Virus record (IMG/VR): IMGVR_UViG_3300013126_000027
Span: 2,030-66,029 of that record
DNA from: a virus
Lineage: Duplodnaviria > Caudoviricetes
Length of the DNA: 64,000 nucleotides
Direction: 5' to 3' (one strand)
Position numbers and translations under genes: made by a program. The stretch's first letter is position 1. Each line of letters starts with the position of its first letter. Of the stretch, positions 9,675 through 19,330 are shown in pieces. A model generated the notes under the pieces. It had not been told where the DNA came from. It searched no databases and saw only the letters and a program-made list of their open reading frames with translations.

Positions 9675-11320
9675 ACGATATTCCATCCTTTTGCGGTTGC
9701 TATGCTTCGATTCGATGCACCGTATCCCCAATTTCCCGTTACTGTCAGGGTTTTAGAAGGAGAAACCGTTCCAAGGCTTTCATACAACTCATTGAGTGCA
9801 TCTGGAGACAGGGATCTGGTGAAATGATTGAATGCACCTGCTACCGCGCCACCAAGATTAAGTGGTCCTTGGACAAAGCCATTCAGTCTTATTCTCTGAA
9901 TGTTGGTGCAGCCGTCAAAAATGTTGGACATTATGAGAACAGCACCAAGGTTGGTTAGGTTGACATCAGTCAATGAATGACAATTTTGAAACATGCCCCA
10001 CACCGAGGAACAATTAGGCATATTCATTGATACTGATTGCAATGAACGGCAATTTAAAAACATTGATTGTGTGTCTCTAAATGTGTTGTTGCTTGGCAAA
10101 ATCACCTTTTTCAGTTTATGGCAACCATTAAACATGTAGGAAGCGGATATTGCTATCGTCATTGAAGACACATTCACTTCTTCCAATGAAGTACATGACT
10201 GAAACATGCCTTGGGGAGCGAACACAGATGAATAATCAAGGTCGGGAACAGATTGCAGCGAAAGACAACCACCAAACATGCTGCCCGTGTTTGTCATGTT
10301 TTTTGTGTTGAATTTTGGAATAGTCTTCAAGGAACGGCAACTGTTAAACATTACATTGGCATTTTGCACGGATTGCGTATTGAACAGAGGCAAATCGGTC
10401 AATTGAGAGCAGCCGCTGAACATGCCGCCTGTGGTTGTTACACCACTCATGTCAAACTGTGGAACAGTCCTCAATGATGAGCAACTGTTAAACATAGAGT
10501 TCATGTTCGTTGCGGATGAAGTATCAAGAAGTGGAACATTCGTCAGGTTACGGCAAGACTGAAATGTCTCCCGAAAAGACAATGCATTTTTGCACCACTC
10601 CGTCCCCGATACCTTCTTGAGTTGAGAACAAGTTGAAAACATTGAATTTGCGTTCGTTATTCCCGTTGAACCGACTATCTCGACATCCTTCAATGTGCCG
10701 CTTGAGTTGAATATGGCACTTGTCACGGTTGGGCTTGCAAACTTGCAGGATATCCAGTCAGGTGCTATTTCCGCTGTTCTGTATGCAAGGTTGGGAAATC
10801 TCGCATTTTGCCCTGCATTTACTTGCGTGGGTCTCAAGTGAAATCCGGCAAATGTGGTTCCTGCAACCGTGGGATACACCTGAACCAAAGCCTGTCGATA
10901 TCCGTTGAATTCCTCAAAGTTGAATCCCGTCAACTGAAACGCAAAATCGGGTTTGACCGTGGTCGATGCGGGCAGTTCATCGTAGTAAAGTCCGTAGGAT
11001 GCAACGGTATTCGAAGGATACGACTGCGTGAACCCATTTCCCCAATCAACCGTGTAAGTGCATCCCGAAACGCTCAAGGCAAACAGGCTTGATGCTCCTA
11101 TGGTCGCTCCTGTGGGTCCGGCAACTGCCGCAATCAATGCAATTCTTTGGTCTCCTGCGGTCATGTCGGGCATGGAAAGCCAGTTGGACGGACGAATCCA
11201 TGCATTCCATGTCGATTCTGACTTCTGAATGTCCTTGTTTGGAGTGACCGCTCCCTGACTCATGTTCTGCTTCAGGTTTAACCCAACGAAACCGTTGTTT
11301 CTCCGCGAACCCCTTCTCAC
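9671..11320 (-). CDS. DUF285/BspA-like leucine-rich repeat surface protein, paralog 2
   Basis: About 10 MFxxCxxL repeats. GTG start overlaps the upstream stop (GTGA at 11317-11320). Shares N- and C-terminal segments with paralog 1. Confidence 0.8.
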   Translation of the reverse strand: MRRGSRRNNGFVGLNLKQNMSQGAVTPNKDIQKSESTWNAWIRPSNWLSMPDMTAGDQRIALIAAVAGPTGATIGASSLFALSVSGCTYTVDWGNGFTQSYPSNTVASYGLYYDELPASTTVKPDFAFQLTGFNFEEFNGYRQALVQVYPTVAGTTFAGFHLRPTQVNAGQNARFPNLAYRTAEIAPDWISCKFASPTVTSAIFNSSGTLKDVEIVGSTGITNANSMFSTCSQLKKVSGTEWCKNALSFRETFQSCRNLTNVPLLDTSSATNMNSMFNSCSSLRTVPQFDMSGVTTTGGMFSGCSQLTDLPLFNTQSVQNANVMFNSCRSLKTIPKFNTKNMTNTGSMFGGCLSLQSVPDLDYSSVFAPQGMFQSCTSLEEVNVSSMTIAISASYMFNGCHKLKKVILPSNNTFRDTQSMFLNCRSLQSVSMNMPNCSSVWGMFQNCHSLTDVNLTNLGAVLIMSNIFDGCTNIQRIRLNGFVQGPLNLGGAVAGAFNHFTRSLSPDALNELYESLGTVSPSKTLTVTGNWGYGASNRSIATAKGWNIV

Positions 11321-14300
11321 AGGAACCAACTCCTTGCTGCGGTGGAGACATTGATGTTGCTCAAGTTCAGGCTTGTGGTAAAATTGCCAGTAACTCCCTG
11401 AATTGTGGTTGCAGAGATCGTACCCGCGAATGTCGCACCGTTGGAGACATGAAGATGATTTGAAGTCAATCCGCCGCTGAAGGTTCCAAGACCCGATGAA
11501 GCCAATGAGGTCAGGGTTCCGACAGAGGTGATGTTTGGTTGTGCAGCGGTCGATAGGGTTCCCGCTATTCCTCCCGTTATTGCCGCACCACCATGCACAT
11601 AAATTCCGCCCGTTATCGATGCACCGCCTGTCAAGTTTGATCCATTTGCAACAGAAAGACTGCTCAACACTCCAAGGGATGTGATGTTTGACTGTGCAGC
11701 GGTTGACAGGGTTCCTGAAATTGTTCCTGATGCCACATTCAAACCACCAAATATGCTTGCTCCTCCTGTGATTGTGGCACTTCCCGTGACGCTCAACCCT
11801 CCCGTGATTCCTTGAATTCTGACAGCACCCGCAAATGTGGCACCGTTGGAGACATAGAGATGGTTTGAAGTCAATCCACCATTGAATGTTCCAAGACCCG
11901 ATGTTGTCAATGAGGTCAGGGTTCCGATAGAGGTGATATTGGGCTGTGCTGCGGTAAGAAGTGTTCCCGTTATCCCACCGGCAGAACTGATGCCACCAGC
12001 ACCGACATCAAGTCTTGCAAGCGTACCAACAGCGGTGATGCTTGTCTGTGAAGCGGTTGACAATGTTCCCGATATTGTTCCTGAAGAAACAACAAGACCA
12101 TTTGCAAATGTTGCACCATTGGAGACATAGAGATGGTTTGAAGTCAATCCGCCGCTGAATGTTCCAAGACCCGAAGAGGACAATGAGGTCAGGGTTCCTA
12201 CTGCGGTGATATTGGGCTGTGAGGCAGTAAGAAGTGTTCCCGTGATTCCACCTGCGGAACTGATGCCACCCGAACCGACATCAAGCCTCGCAAGTGTTCC
12301 TACTGCGGTGATGTTTGGCTGTGAGGCAGTAAGAAGTGTTCCTGTGATACCACCGGCGGAACTGATACCACCAGCACCCACATCAAGTCTTGCAAGCGTA
12401 CCAACAGCGGTGATGCTTGTCTGCGAAGCGGTTGACAATGTTCCCGATATCGTTCCTGAAGAAACAACAAGACCATTTGCAAATGTCACGCCATTGGAGA
12501 CATAGAGATGGTTTGAAGTCAATCCGCCGCTGAAGGTTCCAAGACCAGATGAAGCCAATGAGGTCAGGGTTCCGACAGATGTGATGTTTGGCTGTGCAGC
12601 GGTGAGAAGTGTTCCCGTTATCCCACCGGCAGAACTGATGCCACCCGAACCGACATCAAGCCTCGTAAGTGTTCCTACTGCGGTGATGTTTGGCTGTGAA
12701 GCGGTATTCAAGGTTCCCGTGATACCGCCAAACACGCTCATGCCGCCTGTTACGGTTGCACCGCCGGTGACGCTCAATCCTCCAGATTGCACGAAGGCAC
12801 CATCAAATACGCGAATGCCGCTTGTGACTGTCGCGCCAGTTGCCTGTATTCCGGCATTTGCATGGACAATTCCCCTGATGAATGTCCTTGTTATCGATGT
12901 ATTGCCTATGGTTACGGTATTCGTTCCCGCACCGACTGCCTGTGAGCCTATTACGATTTCGTTTGTTGAACTGTAGGTAAGTCCCGTGGATTCAAAGCCG
13001 ATGTAAATTGAGTTGTTTGCACCTGACAATCCAAGGGGATTTGCATTTGAATCTTGCCCTGCATTTCCACCGGCACTTGGTGGAAGAGATGAGCCGAATC
13101 CTGCCCTGAATCCGATTCCGACATTGTTCTGACCAGCCAGGTTTCTGTTGAGTGCAAGGTTTCCTATTGCCGTGTTGTTTGATCCCGTGTCGCTGTTGTA
13201 CAAGGCTCCAGCACCAACCGCGACATTTTCATTTCCAATGGTGTTTCTGTTCAATGCCTGAAAGCCCATTGCCACATTCCCAAGACCTGTCGTGTTTGAC
13301 AGCAATGTGTTTGCACCGAGTGCCATGTTGTAGCCACCAGATGTATTTTCTTGCAGAGTTGAATTTCCTATGGCAACATTGTAAATACCCGAGGTGGTAT
13401 TCAGCAGAGCGGAATTGCCCACCGCAAGATTTTGAACGCCACTATTTGGAAAATGGGGAACAACGGCATTCAGGGCATTCGTTCCTATTGCAATGTTGTT
13501 TTCCGGTCCTGTTGCGTTCGTGGGGAAGTTGCCTCTGCCAAATCTGATTCCTCTTACGAGAATTTCTCCAGTCAAAGACAATGTTCCTGCAACATTCATG
13601 TTTCCTGTTATTCCAACAGTACCATGTGCATAAACACCTCCGGTGAGTGTCAATCCCGATAGGATCGTTGCCCCGCTTGAAACATACAGATTGCTTGCGG
13701 TAGTGATGCCACCGGCGGAACTGATGCCACCAGTACCGACATCAAGCCTTGCAAGTGTTCCTACTGCGGTGATGTTTGGCTGTGAAGCGGTGAGAAGTGT
13801 TCCCGTGATGCCACCCGTGACATTGAGTCCTGCCGTGACATTGAGTGCCGTAAGTACGCCAACAGAGGTCACATTGGGCTGTGCTGCGGTATTCAGGGTT
13901 CCCGTGATTCCGTTGGTGACATTGATGCCGTTTTTGAATGTTGCGTTTCCGGTGACATTCATGGAACCCGTGACATTGAGTGCCGTAAGTACACCAACAG
14001 AAGTAATGTTTGGCTGTGCTGCCGTATTGAGTGTTCCCGTTATTCCACCTGATGAAACTATTCCACCAGTACCGACATCAAGCCTCGCAAGTGTTCCTAC
14101 TGCGGTGATGTTTGGCTGTGCAGCGGTGAAAAGGGTTCCCGTGATCCCACCGGCGGAACTGATGCCACCAGCACCGACATCAAGCCTCGTAAGTGTTCCT
14201 ACTGCGGTGATGTTTGGCTGTGAAGCAGTTGACAGCGTGGCGGATACAGTACCGGCAAATGTGGCACCGTTTGAGACATGAAGATGAGTTGAAGTCAATC

Positions 14301-15192
14301 CGCCGCTGAATGTTCCAAGACCCGATGAAGCCAATGAGGTCAGGGTTCCGACAGAGGTGATATTGGGCTGTGCTGCGGTATTCAGGGTTCCCGTGATTCC
14401 ACCTGCGGAACTGATGCCACCAGAACCGACATCAAGCCTCGTAAGTGTTCCTACTGCGGTGATGTTTGGCTGTGAAGCGGTATTCAGGGTTCCCGACACG
14501 GTTGTTGCGGATATGCTTCCTGCAAATGTGGCACCGTTTGAGACATGAAGATGAGTTGTCGTAAGTCCCGCACTCATGGTCTGAAGACCCATGAATGTGT
14601 TGGAACCCGTTGTCGCAATTGAAGTCACGGCTCCCGTTGAGCCGTTTACGGAAACCACATAGTTGCTTGTGAGACTGACCGCTCCTGCGGCAGACACCAC
14701 GAACTGATTGCCAAAGGACGCAATTCCTGTTGCACTTGCAGAGGCAAGAGGAAGAGCAACGGTTCCCGTTCTTCCATTGACGGAAATCACATAATTGCTC
14801 GTCAAGCCAACGGCACCGGCAGCGGACACCACGAACTGATTGCCAAAAGATGCCGCGCCGGTGGCAGTCGCAGACGCAACGGGGACAGCGAACCCCACCG
14901 CGCCCGTCAAGCCATTGAATGATTTCACATAATTTGCGGTGAGGCTGACCGCACCCGCAGCGGAGACAACGAACTCGTTGCCGAACGAAGCAACACCGGT
15001 TGCGCTGGCAGATGCAATATTGACTATAGAAGATCCTGGTGGACCTGTCTCTCCTTTTTCACCCGTGGCTCCTGTTGGACCTTGTATGCCTTGCGGTCCT
15101 TGGGTGCCTTGCTGACCCTGAAGGACGGTTGAAACTCCTGGAGTGCCAGGAATGCTTACTGTTACGCCTGAAATGTTTGGGTCCGGTGCCAT
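11317..15192 (-). CDS. Long repetitive tail-fibre/adhesin protein
   Basis: N-terminal collagen-like G-x-y run, many GTLxTA(A/S)QPNITxVGTL repeats, and central 14-aa NxAxGxxAL YadA-head-like repeats. Confidence 0.8.
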   Translation of the reverse strand: MAPDPNISGVTVSIPGTPGVSTVLQGQQGTQGPQGIQGPTGATGEKGETGPPGSSIVNIASASATGVASFGNEFVVSAAGAVSLTANYVKSFNGLTGAVGFAVPVASATATGAASFGNQFVVSAAGAVGLTSNYVISVNGRTGTVALPLASASATGIASFGNQFVVSAAGAVSLTSNYVVSVNGSTGAVTSIATTGSNTFMGLQTMSAGLTTTHLHVSNGATFAGSISATTVSGTLNTASQPNITAVGTLTRLDVGSGGISSAGGITGTLNTAAQPNITSVGTLTSLASSGLGTFSGGLTSTHLHVSNGATFAGTVSATLSTASQPNITAVGTLTRLDVGAGGISSAGGITGTLFTAAQPNITAVGTLARLDVGTGGIVSSGGITGTLNTAAQPNITSVGVLTALNVTGSMNVTGNATFKNGINVTNGITGTLNTAAQPNVTSVGVLTALNVTAGLNVTGGITGTLLTASQPNITAVGTLARLDVGTGGISSAGGITTASNLYVSSGATILSGLTLTGGVYAHGTVGITGNMNVAGTLSLTGEILVRGIRFGRGNFPTNATGPENNIAIGTNALNAVVPHFPNSGVQNLAVGNSALLNTTSGIYNVAIGNSTLQENTSGGYNMALGANTLLSNTTGLGNVAMGFQALNRNTIGNENVAVGAGALYNSDTGSNNTAIGNLALNRNLAGQNNVGIGFRAGFGSSLPPSAGGNAGQDSNANPLGLSGANNSIYIGFESTGLTYSSTNEIVIGSQAVGAGTNTVTIGNTSITRTFIRGIVHANAGIQATGATVTSGIRVFDGAFVQSGGLSVTGGATVTGGMSVFGGITGTLNTASQPNITAVGTLTRLDVGSGGISSAGGITGTLLTAAQPNITSVGTLTSLASSGLGTFSGGLTSNHLYVSNGVTFANGLVVSSGTISGTLSTASQTSITAVGTLARLDVGAGGISSAGGITGTLLTASQPNITAVGTLARLDVGSGGISSAGGITGTLLTASQPNITAVGTLTSLSSSGLGTFSGGLTSNHLYVSNGATFANGLVVSSGTISGTLSTASQTSITAVGTLARLDVGAGGISSAGGITGTLLTAAQPNITSIGTLTSLTTSGLGTFNGGLTSNHLYVSNGATFAGAVRIQGITGGLSVTGSATITGGASIFGGLNVASGTISGTLSTAAQSNITSLGVLSSLSVANGSNLTGGASITGGIYVHGGAAITGGIAGTLSTAAQPNITSVGTLTSLASSGLGTFSGGLTSNHLHVSNGATFAGTISATTIQGVTGNFTTSLNLSNINVSTAARSWFL
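11440..14570 (-). repeat. Intragenic tandem/modular DNA repeats of the fibre gene (interrupted by a non-repeat head domain at about 12880-13560)
   Basis: For example 12008-12110 recurs near-identically at 12383-12485, and 'gtgttcctactgcggtgatgtttggctgtg' occurs many times. Confidence 0.9.
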
Positions 15193-15530
15193 CAGACTTT
15201 GGTTACCTCTGGGTAGACTGTTATCATTCCCTGAACAAGTCTCTGAACGGATGTGCCATTGTTGAACTGTATTTCGACATCATAGAAATAGGTTCCTGGC
15301 TTTATTGCCGCCGTTGCGGTGTGACCCATGGAAACGCTGATGTATCCTGTTCCTCCCGTTATTGCGGTTGCAAAATTCACCGGATTGGAGGAACTGTAGT
15401 GCTTTCGCATCTGTGCGCTTGCGGTGTATCCTGACGATATGTTGATGGCATTTCCGTTCGTGTCGTTTGCACGAATGGTGAATTCAAAGTTTGATCCTTG
15501 ATCCATGTCGTAATTGATGGTTGCTGCCAT
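15192..15530 (-). CDS. Small virion structural protein (Ig-like)
   Basis: DQGSNF...SGYTASAQMRKHYSS...TAAIKPGTYFYDVEI...RLVQGMITVYPEVT, a pattern typical of T4-like virion proteins. Confidence 0.7.
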   Translation of the reverse strand: MAATINYDMDQGSNFEFTIRANDTNGNAINISSGYTASAQMRKHYSSSNPVNFATAITGGTGYISVSMGHTATAAIKPGTYFYDVEIQFNNGTSVQRLVQGMITVYPEVTKV

Positions 15531-15542
15531 GTGATTTTTTCT

Positions 15543-18500
15543 TTAGTTGATTTCCATTACTATCAGTCGTGTATTTGGTTGCAAGGTGCTGGGCGGCGAC
15601 GCGACGGCGGAGATCAGGTTGTGTATGAGTGAGATTTGCTGTATATTCGCGTCCGTGTAATCTATAGCATGACCATATACGCGAACAGCAAGGTTGCTAT
15701 AACTTCCTGCTGGTACATTAGCGACTGCATCCAAGGAGTTAAAGTCGATTGGATTGCCTGCATTGATTTCAACATTACTAAACAACAATTGTGTATCTTG
15801 GTCTGAAATGCCAAGATTGGTGGAGGGTTTTCCTGTGGGTGAGGTTAGCGTACCAAATGCTGTTCCATTGCCGGTAGTATGAGCGTGTATCATTCCCGCG
15901 TATATCTTGAAATTATTGGTAAATTCTGCATCAAGTACAAGTCTCATGGGATCAAGCAAAAACAGTAGTTTTGTGTTGGTGAATTTCTTGGTCAATGTTC
16001 CCGTAAAGGTTAATATTTTGAGTTGAGCGGTCATTGAAAATTGATCAGTCGCTATATTTGTTGATCCGGGGATTTTTACGCCAGAAAGCACGGTTACCGC
16101 AACAACACCATCTCTATTGTCAACATAGTCTTTCGTGGTGCAAGTGGACGCAACATCGCCAGCGACCGTGCTGTTGCTTGTCACCTTCGCCCCCGCAACG
16201 ACAACATTATTGTTGAATCTTGATGAACCTGTGACAACCAAGCCACCTGTCACATGAAGTGCATTGGTCGCCCTGACGATACTGTTGAATCTTGATGCGC
16301 CTGTTACCGTCAATCCGGCTTCCATTCCGACTGCTCCCTTCAGAACAGCGGATCCTGTCACCGAAATGGAAGCCCCTTGAATGGAACTGCCAAAAGTGCC
16401 TACGCCAGAAACTGTGGCTGCGCCATTAACGGCAAGTGAAGACAAGGTTCCGACAGAGGTCACATTGGGCTGTGCTGCCGTCAACAGGGTTCCCGTGATT
16501 CCGTTGGTGACATCGATGCCGTTTGCAAATGTCGAGTTTCCAACGAATCTTGAGGCACCGGTAACGGCCAATGCACCCGTGACATTGAGTGCCGGTGCCG
16601 TAAGTACGCCAACAGAGGTCACATTTGGCTGTGCTGCCGTCAACAGGGTTCCCGTGATTCCCACATTGGTCACATTGATGCCATTGGTGAATGTAGCCGC
16701 ACCAGTTACGGTCAGCCTGTTGTTGATGGTGACAGGATTGTTGAATGTTCCGTTGCTGTTGACAACGATGGTTCCTGCCACATTCAGGTTCTGCAAGTTC
16801 AGGGTGGTTCCCGCATCAGCCGTGTCATTGACATCCTTGCGGAAATAACGCGAGTCGTGGTTGTGACCCGTGAGGATCAGGGCATCTGCTTCCCTGCGGG
16901 CGCGAATGACGAAGTTCGTGACCAATCCGCCGTAACCGACTGCGGTCGCTCCCGTGGCTCCTGCCCATGAAGTTCCGCCGGTTCCCCCGAGGTTGAATTC
17001 CTCTCCTCTTGCCCCGAGAGGTCCGTACTCACCGAACGGAGCCTTTCCTCTCATGTCAGGAAGGAGGAAGAACTGCCCATCCTTGGGTGTCAGCAAGTCC
17101 ACGATTATGCCTGGTCCCAACTGCGTGTTCTGCGTGGCTATTCCGCTGCCGGATATCGTGATCGTATTTGCATCTGCTGTCAGCGAGGAATATGTCGCGG
17201 AGTATTCCTGATGCACGGAGTTCGGTCCGCTTCTTCTTATTGCACGAACAACGCCAGAACCAAATGAAAGGGCAGAAAGGTTCGATGTGCCTCTGTCCAT
17301 TCGAATTACAATTCTCGGATCTCCATCACTACTCTCAACGGTTCCGCGCATTGGATAGGAAACGCCGATCAGGTTGTAGAGATCGACAAATCCCGATGCG
17401 CCCGTGGCAGACACGGCACGACCATCGCAAGGCAGGTAATTTTCGTTGTACTGTATGTCGCTGACGGGAATGGATCCGCCCAAAAGTCCCATGGTCAATC
17501 CTGCCAATGCACCTGCATATGGCTGAATCATGCCGATTGGGATCATTCCCCTCATGTACACCTCATCGGTGGCGTTGGGGAATATCTGCTCTCCCTCGTT
17601 TCCGTACACGATTCCTGCACTACCGCCCAATGCAAGGAACAGGGGTTGGTAGACATAACCCGATGGAGTATTGGTGTTCGTGGTCAACCCACCCTGGACA
17701 TTCCAGTCCAAGACATAGTATGCACCGGTTGCGGGAGTTCCTATTCCCTTCAGCCTGTTTGCCGAAAGTTCCATGTATCCTTTCATGGTCACGGAAACCT
17801 CGTTTGCGCTGATTACCCTGTCAACGATGCCGATTGCCTCCGTGAGGGGGTTGTTTGCCTGTGCGCCCGTCAGGGTGCCGCGCAACGCCGCGTTTCCATT
17901 TGTGCTAGGAACGACCGTAACGGCTTCGCCTGTCGTGAGACCGTGGTTTGCCTGCGTGAATCTTCGCTTGATTTGCCCTGCGTTGTGGCGGTCAGGACGA
18001 AGTTCTCCCAATCCATCGCTCACGGGAATCGTCCATGCACTTGCACCCGTGACCGCGTGTGCGCCATCAACCATGTCAACATTGGCAAACTGTATGAATG
18101 CGTTTGCGGTCACTCCTGCATACTGCGAAGTTGCCCCCGCTCTGATGTAGGCAACGGATGTGATTCCCGCACCGTTATAGACATTCAGGTTGACATTGCT
18201 TGAAGCCGAGTCCTTGACGATGCCAAAGTATGGATTTGAACCGCTTTCCGTGAGCCACAAGCGAGTCGAAGTGGAACCGGCGGCTTCAAATATGAAGGTA
18301 TTTGCGGTTGTTCCTGCCACAAAGTCCCGAGATATGAACTTGGAGGCAACAAGAGGAATATTCGGTTCATTTGCACCGAATCGAGTGTTGAAGGTCCAAT
18401 AGGATTTATCGCTTGCCGTATTGTATTTCCACAGGAACTGCTTGTTTACATTGCCTGCTCCCGTCATTGCAAGGACTACGCCTCCCTCCAATAATGAAGC

Positions 18501-19118
18501 CTCTGTATCATATGCTCCTGCCGTGGCCGACCCTGTGGTAGCAAGGTAAACATACTGCGAATTGATTGACAGGCTTCCTACTGCGGTGCTGTTTGCACCA
18601 CCCGCATAGAACTTACCCTTTACATTCAAATCACCATAAAAATCTAAATTCGGTTGATACACTTCTCTTGGAAGCATATACTTTGCTTGTACTCTCTTGG
18701 TTGTTCCATCTGCATTTTGCGTGGAATCGCTCACATCCTGAACAACAAGCCAATCATTTACATTTACTTCTGATGTTCTTGGAGAGCCGCCTGTGATTGT
18801 GTAATCCGGATTTCCCGTGAGAGTATACGCATCACCGCTGATACCCGAATAGTCAAGACCAACGACTCCTGTCCACGGCTTTCCGGTACCGCTGCCCACG
18901 GCAACTCCGTATCCTGCATTCACATTCACGGACTTCACGCCGTTGTAGTCCGTTCCGCTCAATCCATAGGTGACATATGTGCCGCTTCCGCCGTCAAGGT
19001 CATAGATGTTCACGGGATTCAATGCATCGACAATCTCGTTGGTCTTTGCAAACCAAGTCTGAAAGGTGTCGGTCAGTTGTATCTTCTGAACATCTATGAT
19101 GTTGCCGGTGATGGACAT
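15543..19118 (-). CDS. Baseplate-anchored fibre protein with tail-collar domain
   Basis: N-terminal LTDTFQTWFAKTNEI anchor motif; split collar motif IPIGMIQPYAG...YLPCDG...LPDMRGK; QPNVTSVG repeats shared with the 1291-aa fibre. Confidence 0.75.
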   Translation of the reverse strand: MSITGNIIDVQKIQLTDTFQTWFAKTNEIVDALNPVNIYDLDGGSGTYVTYGLSGTDYNGVKSVNVNAGYGVAVGSGTGKPWTGVVGLDYSGISGDAYTLTGNPDYTITGGSPRTSEVNVNDWLVVQDVSDSTQNADGTTKRVQAKYMLPREVYQPNLDFYGDLNVKGKFYAGGANSTAVGSLSINSQYVYLATTGSATAGAYDTEASLLEGGVVLAMTGAGNVNKQFLWKYNTASDKSYWTFNTRFGANEPNIPLVASKFISRDFVAGTTANTFIFEAAGSTSTRLWLTESGSNPYFGIVKDSASSNVNLNVYNGAGITSVAYIRAGATSQYAGVTANAFIQFANVDMVDGAHAVTGASAWTIPVSDGLGELRPDRHNAGQIKRRFTQANHGLTTGEAVTVVPSTNGNAALRGTLTGAQANNPLTEAIGIVDRVISANEVSVTMKGYMELSANRLKGIGTPATGAYYVLDWNVQGGLTTNTNTPSGYVYQPLFLALGGSAGIVYGNEGEQIFPNATDEVYMRGMIPIGMIQPYAGALAGLTMGLLGGSIPVSDIQYNENYLPCDGRAVSATGASGFVDLYNLIGVSYPMRGTVESSDGDPRIVIRMDRGTSNLSALSFGSGVVRAIRRSGPNSVHQEYSATYSSLTADANTITISGSGIATQNTQLGPGIIVDLLTPKDGQFFLLPDMRGKAPFGEYGPLGARGEEFNLGGTGGTSWAGATGATAVGYGGLVTNFVIRARREADALILTGHNHDSRYFRKDVNDTADAGTTLNLQNLNVAGTIVVNSNGTFNNPVTINNRLTVTGAATFTNGINVTNVGITGTLLTAAQPNVTSVGVLTAPALNVTGALAVTGASRFVGNSTFANGIDVTNGITGTLLTAAQPNVTSVGTLSSLAVNGAATVSGVGTFGSSIQGASISVTGSAVLKGAVGMEAGLTVTGASRFNSIVRATNALHVTGGLVVTGSSRFNNNVVVAGAKVTSNSTVAGDVASTCTTKDYVDNRDGVVAVTVLSGVKIPGSTNIATDQFSMTAQLKILTFTGTLTKKFTNTKLLFLLDPMRLVLDAEFTNNFKIYAGMIHAHTTGNGTAFGTLTSPTGKPSTNLGISDQDTQLLFSNVEINAGNPIDFNSLDAVANVPAGSYSNLAVRVYGHAIDYTDANIQQISLIHNLISAVASPPSTLQPNTRLIVMEIN

Positions 19119-19330
19119 TATGGCTTCTCCTGCCGCTCAATGATTTGTTCGATCATCTGCTTCAATTGTTGAATTTCCTGCTTCAGCATATTTATCTGCG
19201 TGTTTTGATCGTCTTTTTCGGCTTTCAACTTGCGATAGGTCTCGGTCTCCTGTTTGTTCGTGAACAGCAAGGCACGGGAAGCAGAATCCCTGACCAAGCC
19301 ACTCTCGCCCTTTACTCTGTACCTTCTCAT
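19118..19330 (-). CDS. Small coiled-coil hypothetical protein
   Basis: V.GE.GLVRD..S.AL..TN followed by a coiled coil, as often seen after VrlC-like genes. Contains the ATAAATA promoter (19189-19195) for the downstream gene. Confidence 0.7.
   Translation of the reverse strand: MRRYRVKGESGLVRDSASRALLFTNKQETETYRKLKAEKDDQNTQINMLKQEIQQLKQMIEQIIERQEKP

Noticed and set aside
11440-14570. Fibre repeats as a CRISPR array or a DGR template/variable pair
   Set aside because: The repeats are in-frame coding modules without unique spacers. Differences are not adenine-specific, and there is no reverse transcriptase or cas gene in the window.
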